Shown: piece after piece, positions 7,365 to 13,408 of the stretch
Layout: each line of letters opens with the position of its first letter
Position numbering within the stretch: position 1 is the stretch's first letter
Origin: Candidatus Sericytochromatia bacterium
Lineage (GTDB): Bacteria > Cyanobacteriota > Sericytochromatia > S15B-MN24 > JAQBPE01
DNA: 13,408 nucleotides
Assembly: GCA_040400605.1 (NCBI GenBank)
Contig: JBBAPZ010000037.1
Coordinates: 1 to 13,408, forward strand
Direction of reading: 5' to 3'
Program-made: the position numbers and the translations under genes
Notes under the pieces: model-generated
Told to the model about the DNA's origin: nothing
Seen by the model: only the letters and a program-made list of their open reading frames with translations
The model's database searches: none

Positions 7365-7424
7365 GGCTTCTTTTGCCCAATCAATCAACCGCTCAAGTGG
7401 GCCTCTTTTAGTCTGTCACAAACA
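7365..7424 (-). mobile_element. IS21-like terminal sequence (family B end)
   Basis: Minus strand TGTTTGTGACAGACTAAAAGAGGCCCACTTGAGCGGTT; direct homologue of 88-146. Confidence 0.55.
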
Positions 7425-7485
7425 GTAGGGCGACTTCGTACCTTATCCCGCATGAATGCCAATTGGCTACACATATTAGTCACTA

Positions 7486-7515
7486 TTGACATAAATATCA
7501 ATTTTGATTTATGAT
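7486..7515 (+). promoter_or_regulatory. Sigma70-type promoter with palindromic operator for the DUF6932-XRE operon
   Basis: TTGACA (7486-7491)-18 nt-TATGAT (7510-7515), 8 nt before the ATG; imperfect palindrome CATAAATATCAA-TT-TTGATTTATG spans the spacer. Confidence 0.7.
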
Positions 7516-7523
7516 GTACATGC

Positions 7524-8087
7524 ATGAGTAACATTATTCAGACCTTCACTGAACAGGGCGTTTTACCGCCCGGGGATTACCCTTTGACGTTCAATCAACT
7601 GCGTTCCTCGCTATTGGTGGTTGGGCCACCGGAGCGCCCTGACTGGGACATGCGGTGGAGATTGACATTGGTGAACATGGCTGAGGTGCTGGTCGAGCAA
7701 CTCTGGGCAGAGGGGGTCAAAGAGGTATACCTTGATGGTTCCTTTGTTGAAGACAAGGCACATCCCCATGACATTGATGGTTATTTTATCTGCGATGTGC
7801 TCGATTTGTCGGATCTCAAAGTGCGTTTGAACGCGAGGGATCCACATCGATCGTGGACCTGGGATCGGGCCAGCAGACGCCCTTCACCGGATTCTGCCAA
7901 GGCCCAGCTGCCAATGTGGCACAATTACCGCACGGAGTTATATCCGCACTACGGACAGTTTAGCGGTATTTTGGGGCCACTCGGGTATCCGCTCCAGTTT
8001 CCTGATGCGTTTCGCAGGAGTCGATCCGAGTTCCGGGAGAAGGGCATTATCAAGATTGTTCAGCCAAGCGGGAGGGCGGTGCAATGA
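7524..8087 (+). CDS. DUF6932-like protein, pol-beta-type nucleotidyltransferase fold (putative toxin)
   Basis: N-terminal GVLPPGDY and YLDGSFVEDKAHPHDIDG (GS...DxD signature); C-terminal KGIIKI. Confidence 0.8.
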   Translation: MSNIIQTFTEQGVLPPGDYPLTFNQLRSSLLVVGPPERPDWDMRWRLTLVNMAEVLVEQLWAEGVKEVYLDGSFVEDKAHPHDIDGYFICDVLDLSDLKVRLNARDPHRSWTWDRASRRPSPDSAKAQLPMWHNYRTELYPHYGQFSGILGPLGYPLQFPDAFRRSRSEFREKGIIKIVQPSGRAVQ

Positions 8088-8548
8088 TCAAGACGCAAGT
8101 CGAATACACGGAGATGAAGCGGCGACTGATCGAAGAGGAGAATATTCTTTCTCGCCAGCGTGAGGTGCTAAACGTCGCGGGTCTGACCGACAAGCAGCTT
8201 GAGGCCGCAATGGAACCGCTTCTCGACTTCTATGAGCAGTTGAAGGAGGAGGTCGGGTTCTACGAGCGGGTCATGAGCAAGGACTTCAGCGCGCTTTCAA
8301 ACTTCGAGTCCGTCGGTCGATTGCTGATTGCGCTCAGAATTGCACAAAATATGTCCCAAGTGGAACTGGCTGCCAAGCTGGGTGTCTCGCCTTCCGTGGT
8401 ATCGCGGGATGAGAAAGACGAGTACCATGGTGCATCCAAGGAGAAGATTGCGCGGGTGGCCAGAGCCTTGGGCTATCGCCTTAGTCACCTCGAGGTCGTT
8501 CCTATTTCAAACGATGAGCCGGGTATGCTCAGCGCGTCTCCTGCGTAG
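8084..8548 (+). CDS. XRE-family HTH regulator, HigA-like (putative antitoxin)
   Basis: MIKTQVEY N-terminus; LIALRIAQNMSQVELAAKLGVSPSVVSRDEKDEY HTH; ATGA coupling and GGAGG SD. Confidence 0.88.
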   Translation: MIKTQVEYTEMKRRLIEEENILSRQREVLNVAGLTDKQLEAAMEPLLDFYEQLKEEVGFYERVMSKDFSALSNFESVGRLLIALRIAQNMSQVELAAKLGVSPSVVSRDEKDEYHGASKEKIARVARALGYRLSHLEVVPISNDEPGMLSASPA

Positions 8549-8552
8549 GAAT

Positions 8553-8755
8553 CGTTGGTGGGGATGTCAATCCGCGCTCTTTCGCGGGTAACAAATTGGA
8601 TGCGAGGATTTAACTGCTATGCGATGGGGCGACCTGACGGTGATTCGCCACCGTAACGACTGGTAGTGACCGTGGTGGAACTGATCGAGCGCGGCATCCC
8701 ATTTTCGCAATCCCTAATGATGATTTCAAGCCCACCGCACGGCTGTGGTTGCAAC
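8553..8755 (+). repeat. Long variant of the TGTTAGCGG transposon-end repeat, copy B (degenerate terminus)
   Basis: Starts CGTTGGTGGGGATGTCAATCCGCG; collinear with the copies at 2084 and 10295. Confidence 0.85.
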
Positions 8756-9017
8756 TCACCCGCCTTAACTGTATTGGCATTTGTGTCCACAAAACCGGAG
8801 CAATCCCACCCCGACAGAAGAGGATTTGTATGGGCGGCGTTTTGTAGTAGACTTTTCGATACAGAGGCTCAAAGGGAGACGTTCTCGTAAAAAGTTGGTG
8901 GATTATTCTCACGGGCGACGACTTTTCACGACTCACAAGCTGCTACGTGCTGGAAGTGGAAACCGCCGTAAAAAAACCTTGTAAGGCGCGAAATTACTGC
9001 TCAAACACTGTATTCAA

Positions 9018-9053
9018 GTTTAAATAATTGCTAGAATGTAATTGCTTTTAAAC
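9018..9053 (+). promoter_or_regulatory. Extended -10 promoter with flanking inverted repeat
   Basis: TGcTAGAAT at 9029-9037, bracketed by GTTTAAA (9018-9024) and TTTAAAC (9047-9053). Confidence 0.5.
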
Positions 9054-9071
9054 CCCGCACCAGGAGGCCTC

Positions 9072-10151
9072 ATGATTGCTGATCGCATTCGTCAAGCACG
9101 ACTGGCGGCAGGCCTGACGCTGGGTGCCTTAGGCGAGAAAATTGGTGTCTCGCACACCGCCATTCAAAAATACGAGAAGGGTCTGCTGACCCCCTCGTCA
9201 TCGCAGCTGCTCAAACTGGCTCGCGCGTGCGGTATCCGGGGCGAGTACTTCTTTCGCACGCATGCGGTCGAGTTGCTCAGGCCCGAATTTCGAAAGACCT
9301 CGACTTTGGGCAAGACAGCGAAAAACGCGCTGAAAATTCGAATTTTGGAACAAGTGGAAAAGCGGGTTGAGCTGCTCATCGCCTTTCCTGAGTCGCCTCT
9401 TCTGGTGTTTCACCCACCGGCAGCCCTGCCGACTCATATCGCCACAATGGACGAACTTGAGGGCTTCGCGGACCTGGTGCGCAATGCCTGGCAGCTGGGG
9501 ATGAACCCCATCGCCGACCTCACCGATACCCTTGAGGGTTTGGGCTTGCTGATCATCGTGGTTGATGAAGAGAATCCAGGATTTTCCGGTTTGACGGCCA
9601 AAGCCCGCACGGATGACGGCCAGGAGTTTCCGATTGTGGCAGTTTCCAAGCGCTGGCCGGGTGACAGACAACGCTTCACATTGGCACACGAACTGGGGCA
9701 TTTACTGCTCGAAGGACGGCTGCGGGATGGTATCGACGAAGAAAAGGCATGTGATCGATTCGCCGGCGCTTTTTTGGCGCCACAGGTTGCGGTGCGCCAG
9801 TTGCTGGGGCACCAGCGTCACGCGCTGGAGTGGCAAGAGTTGCACGCACTCAAGCACGAGTTCGGATTGTCGATCGCCGGATGGTTGCAACGCGCCAAAC
9901 AGTGTGGCGTGATCGGCGACGCCGCTCACCTCTCGATGGTTAAGCAATTTTCAGCCAGGGGCTGGCGCAAGAAAGAGCCGGGAGAACCCTTACTGCCGGA
10001 GCATCCACGATTATTCGAACAGCTCGTTTACCGGGCACTGGCCGAAGACTACATATCAGCGGGAAAAGCAGCGGAGCTTCTGGGTATCCCGATGATGCGC
10101 TTCCATAAAGAACGTCAGTTGGACTTGTTGGATGCTGTTGCTCATCAGTGA
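9072..10151 (+). CDS. XRE HTH fused to an ImmA/IrrE-family metallopeptidase (COG2856)
   Basis: N-terminal HTH (RIRQARLAAGLTL...YEKG) and DRQRFTLAHELGH HExxH motif followed by EKACDRFAGAFL; AGGAGG before the ATG at 9072. Confidence 0.93.
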   Translation: MIADRIRQARLAAGLTLGALGEKIGVSHTAIQKYEKGLLTPSSSQLLKLARACGIRGEYFFRTHAVELLRPEFRKTSTLGKTAKNALKIRILEQVEKRVELLIAFPESPLLVFHPPAALPTHIATMDELEGFADLVRNAWQLGMNPIADLTDTLEGLGLLIIVVDEENPGFSGLTAKARTDDGQEFPIVAVSKRWPGDRQRFTLAHELGHLLLEGRLRDGIDEEKACDRFAGAFLAPQVAVRQLLGHQRHALEWQELHALKHEFGLSIAGWLQRAKQCGVIGDAAHLSMVKQFSARGWRKKEPGEPLLPEHPRLFEQLVYRALAEDYISAGKAAELLGIPMMRFHKERQLDLLDAVAHQ

Positions 10152-10294
10152 CGCCAACATCCTGATCGACGTGGAAGCCGGGGGCTTGATAGAAACGCTC
10201 TTTAAGCTACCCATGCAATTCGGCATCCCTGACTTGCTGTACTACGAAGAAATCGAGCCTGGCAGTCCCAACCTTGAAAAACTGGGCTTGCGGA
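10132..10294 (+). pseudogene. PIN-domain protein, truncated by a repeat element
   Basis: MLLLISDANILID...IPDLLYYEE is a PIN N-terminus; overlaps the peptidase stop; runs into TGTTAGCGGGG at 10295 after about 54 codons. Confidence 0.8.
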
Positions 10295-10538
10295 TGTTAG
10301 CGGGGGTGGCAATCTGCGATTTTTCGGGGGTAACAAATTGGATGTGAAGATTTTAACTGCTGTGCGATGGGGCAACCAGGCGGTGACGCGCCACCGTAAC
10401 GACGGGTAGTGACCGTGGTGGAACCAATCGAGCGCGGCATCCCATTTTCGCAATCTCCAATGATGAATTCAAGCCCATCGCGCGACTGTGGTTATAACAA
10501 ACCGGAACGTCACCTCGCCTCATCGCTTCAAGTCACAA
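10295..10538 (+). repeat. Long variant of the TGTTAGCGG transposon-end repeat, copy C
   Basis: Perfect TGTTAGCGGGGGTGGCAATCTGCGATTTT start, shared with the MITE left ends for about 70 bp, then collinear with the copies at 2084 and 8553. Confidence 0.85.
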
Positions 10539-10570
10539 CGTCATGCCCGCAACGTTCACCGCAAAACCAA

Positions 10571-12481
10571 TTAGACGTTCACCGACGGTAGCTTGTCGAT
10601 TTGGATATCCGCATCGCTGGGTTGGTACTGGTAACCGGCCACGAGATGCTTCAGGCCGCGCCGGATGCCCATGTCATCGCCAGCGATTGCGGCCGCCTGC
10701 AGCAGGGTCAACCCCATTTCCAGCTTGGCTGCATCGATGGATTCTGGTCTGGCGACGAAAATCTTCCGGTATTGCGTCGCACTCGTTCCCTCGGCAGCCG
10801 TGAACAACTCCTCAAACAGTTTCTCGCCAGGGCGCAGGCCCGTAAACTTGATGGCGATGTCCACATCGGGCTCCAGGCCGGACAAGCGAATCAAATCCCG
10901 CGCCAGGTCAACAATTTTGACCGGCTCACCCATATCCAGTACAAACACCTCGCCCCCCTGGCCCAACCCACCTGCCTGCAAGACCAATTGCGTCGCCTCA
11001 GGGATGGTCATAAAGTAACGAATGATGTCCGGATGGGTCAGCGTAATCGGCCCACCCTCCGCTATCTGCCGCTTGAACAGCGGCACCACACTGCCGCGGC
11101 TGCCCAGCACATTTCCAAAGCGCACGGACATAAACCGGGTTTCGCTACGCCGGGCAAAGTCCTGCACAATCAGCTCCGCGATGCGTTTGGACGCCCCCAT
11201 CACATTGGTGGGATTGACCGCCTTGTCGGACGAAATCAAGACAAAACGCTCCACGTTGTGCCGGTGCGACAACTCCGCCACCACACGGGTGCCGAAGATG
11301 TTGTTAAACACCGCTTCGCCAGGGTTCTTCTCCATCAACGGCACATGCTTGTGCGCCGCTGCGTGAAACACGACATCCGGGTTGTGCAACTCAAATACCA
11401 ACCCCATCCGGGTCAGGTCGCGCACATCCGCGATGATGGTGACGAGGTCGAGCGTGGGGAAGTGTTCGCGCAGCTCCATCTCAATGGCATAGATGCTGAA
11501 CTCACCACGCCCCAGCAAGATGAGCCGGCTTGGTGCCAGATTGGCGATTTGGCGGCACAGCTCGGAACCGATCGAACCACCGGCGCCGGTTACCATCACG
11601 ACGCGCCCGGAGGTGATCGACGCCGCGCGCTCCCGGTCAAACTGAATCGGCGCACGGTTGAGGAGATCCTCAATCTGCACGGCGCGAATGCGGTTTACCT
11701 CGACCTTGCCATTGATGAGATCCGTCAACCCAGGCAACGTTTTGACCACGACACGGGTGCTGCGTGCCAAACCAAGGATGCGGCGCACCTCCCGTTCCGT
11801 GGCGGAAGGGATGCACAGGATCACCTGGTCCACCGCACACTGAGTGACAACGCGAGGCAAATCCTCGGTCATCCCCAGCACCTCCAACCCCTGCATGCGG
11901 CTGCGCTGCTTGTTGGGGTCATCATCCAAAAAGCCAACCACGGTCATCTGTGCGCCACGCTGCATGATTTCGCGCGCAATCAGGTTACCGGCCTGACCCG
12001 CACCAATCAGCAATACGCGTTGCATCGAACGGTTGCCGCCAGCCAGTCGCGCCCGGCGCTCCACTTGCAGGCGCCGGAGCACACGGACGGCCACACTGCC
12101 AAGCACGGTGATCCACCAGTCGTGGGCAAAAATGCCCCACGGCACGTGGGTTTGATACACGGTCGTCGCGATAAACACAATCACCGCCGTACCGAGCAGA
12201 TGCGCCCCTGCGACAGCAGCGGCATCCCGCAAGCTCACGAAACGCCACAGTTGGTGATGCAAACCCCCGATTAAACGGATAACGAAGCGTACGCACAAAA
12301 CCACGGGGAGGAGCGTGAGCCATTGGGTGATGTAGGTGTCGGGTGGCAAACCCTCAAAGCGGAACGCATAGGCCATGGTGAAGGCACCCGCGGCGATGAT
12401 GAGATCGATCGCCAGTTGTCCCAACCGTGGCAGAGTAAAATAGGATGCCAACGTTGCTTTCACAGTTAATGCTCGCTGCAA
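10571..12481 (-). CDS. Membrane-anchored nucleoside-diphosphate sugar dehydratase/epimerase (CapD/PglF/WbpM-like)
   Basis: N-terminal TM segments; IGAGQAG, VTGAGGSIGSELCRQ, HAAAHKHVP, SSDKAVNPTNVMGASKR, VRFGNVLGSRGSV and GLRPGEKLFEEL motifs; exact start uncertain. Confidence 0.95.
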   Translation of the reverse strand: MQRALTVKATLASYFTLPRLGQLAIDLIIAAGAFTMAYAFRFEGLPPDTYITQWLTLLPVVLCVRFVIRLIGGLHHQLWRFVSLRDAAAVAGAHLLGTAVIVFIATTVYQTHVPWGIFAHDWWITVLGSVAVRVLRRLQVERRARLAGGNRSMQRVLLIGAGQAGNLIAREIMQRGAQMTVVGFLDDDPNKQRSRMQGLEVLGMTEDLPRVVTQCAVDQVILCIPSATEREVRRILGLARSTRVVVKTLPGLTDLINGKVEVNRIRAVQIEDLLNRAPIQFDRERAASITSGRVVMVTGAGGSIGSELCRQIANLAPSRLILLGRGEFSIYAIEMELREHFPTLDLVTIIADVRDLTRMGLVFELHNPDVVFHAAAHKHVPLMEKNPGEAVFNNIFGTRVVAELSHRHNVERFVLISSDKAVNPTNVMGASKRIAELIVQDFARRSETRFMSVRFGNVLGSRGSVVPLFKRQIAEGGPITLTHPDIIRYFMTIPEATQLVLQAGGLGQGGEVFVLDMGEPVKIVDLARDLIRLSGLEPDVDIAIKFTGLRPGEKLFEELFTAAEGTSATQYRKIFVARPESIDAAKLEMGLTLLQAAAIAGDDMGIRRGLKHLVAGYQYQPSDADIQIDKLPSVNV

Positions 12482-12572
12482 ATTTTGAATCCAACTACAC
12501 TCATCATACCGTGTTTGGCCCAGTGTGAAAAACGAGAACGTTTTTTAATCACAACCAGTTTTTGCTGATTCA

Positions 12573-13133
12573 TCAATGGGAGACGCCATCGCGCTTCACC
12601 ACTTTTAAAAAGGTGATCCAGATAATCTGCAAATCAAACCAAAAGCTGCGACGCGCGAGGTACGCTGCGTCCAGTGCCACCTTTTGTTCAATCGGTAATT
12701 CATCACGGCCATTCACCTGTGCCCATCCGGTCAATCCGGGCACCAAGGCGTCAACCCCGCTTTGTGTTCTGGCCTCGATCAAATCGTGCTGGTTGAACAG
12801 GGCGGGCCGTGGGCCCACGAAGCTCATATCCCCGACCAGAATGCTCCAAAGCTGCGGCAATTCATCCAAACTGCTCCGACGCAAAAACGAGCCAATAGGC
12901 GTCAGGTGCGCGTCCGGGTCCACCAACAGGTGTGTGGCGACGGCGGGTGTGCCCACGCGCATGCTGCGAAACTTGGGCATCCTGAAGATTTTGTTGTGTC
13001 GGCCAACCCGTTCAGACCAATACAACACCGGGCCAGGCGATGTCAGCCGGACCATCACGGCGACGAGTACCAGCAGAATCAGCAGTACCAAGCCTGCGAC
13101 CAGGCTGAGAATAAGGTCAAACATGCGTTTCAA
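12573..13133 (-). CDS. Small sugar transferase (initiating phosphoglycosyl transferase, PglC-like)
   Basis: KRMFD, KFRSM, SLDELPQL, GDMSFVGPRP and PGLTGWAQVNGR motifs. Confidence 0.95.
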   Translation of the reverse strand: MKRMFDLILSLVAGLVLLILLVLVAVMVRLTSPGPVLYWSERVGRHNKIFRMPKFRSMRVGTPAVATHLLVDPDAHLTPIGSFLRRSSLDELPQLWSILVGDMSFVGPRPALFNQHDLIEARTQSGVDALVPGLTGWAQVNGRDELPIEQKVALDAAYLARRSFWFDLQIIWITFLKVVKRDGVSH

Positions 13134-13408
13134 GGCTGCATGCCCTCAATCGCTTTTTTGAGCCCTTGATCCAAGGTCAGCGGTGGCTGCCAGTCAAGAA
13201 GCCGACGGGTCTTTTCGATATCCACCTGCAACGAGCCGCACAGGCGTCGTGCCAAATCCTGCCGTCCGAGCAACCGCGCACAAAATTCAAGCAGCTTGGC
13301 AGGGACCGGGACGAGGCGCGCGTTGCGACCCATCGCCCGTGCCGTGCGATGCAAGAGCTCGGTCGTTGAGACATCCTCACCATCTGATACCAGGAATGTT
13401 TGCCCCGC
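13130..13408 (-). CDS. NAD-dependent epimerase/dehydratase, C-terminal part (runs off the window)
   Basis: GQTFLVSDGEDVSTTELL...RRLCGSLQVDIEKTRRLLDWQPP; ATGA overlap with the sugar transferase. Confidence 0.85.
   Translation of the reverse strand, partial: AGQTFLVSDGEDVSTTELLHRTARAMGRNARLVPVPAKLLEFCARLLGRQDLARRLCGSLQVDIEKTRRLLDWQPPLTLDQGLKKAIEGMQP

Noticed and set aside
514..10538. Repeats interpreted as integron attC sites
   Set aside because: The GTT-containing arm comes first and the AAC arm last, the reverse of attC. There is no integrase, the interior is not a long hairpin, and genes are cut by the repeats rather than neatly bounded.
10601..12274. 557-aa plus-strand ORF
   Set aside because: Antisense shadow of the well-supported dehydratase gene, with no recognisable motifs.
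1..13408. CRISPR array, tRNA or rRNA genes
   Set aside because: No short regularly spaced repeats, cloverleaf or rRNA-like sequence was seen.

Overview
The window has two parts. Bases ~1-10,540 are a decayed accessory island rich in toxin-antitoxin (TA) and defence-like modules. Three look intact: a type IV AbiEi/AbiEii pair, a MazF/PemK toxin with an atypical partner, and a DUF6932-like nucleotidyltransferase with an XRE regulator. The others are damaged: XRE-ImmA/IrrE peptidase with a truncated PIN toxin, YhcG/DUF1016 nuclease with an in-frame amber stop, and fragments of a zeta-toxin pair, a second AbiE pair, an HTH_17 antitoxin, DinD and a TIGR02391-like gene. The modules are separated by many short transposon-end sequences, but no intact transposase is visible. 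The most conspicuous family begins TGTTAGCGG(G) and occurs five times, plus a partial copy at the window edge, always in the same orientation. Two copies are complete ~172-bp MITE-like elements with terminal inverted repeats. IS3-like and other IS21-like ends are nested at 686-834, 2620 and 7048-7424. Bases ~10,570-13,408 are the 3' end of a minus-strand surface-polysaccharide locus (epimerase, phosphoglycosyl transferase, CapD/PglF-like dehydratase). All family calls come from recognising motifs by eye; no database search was run.
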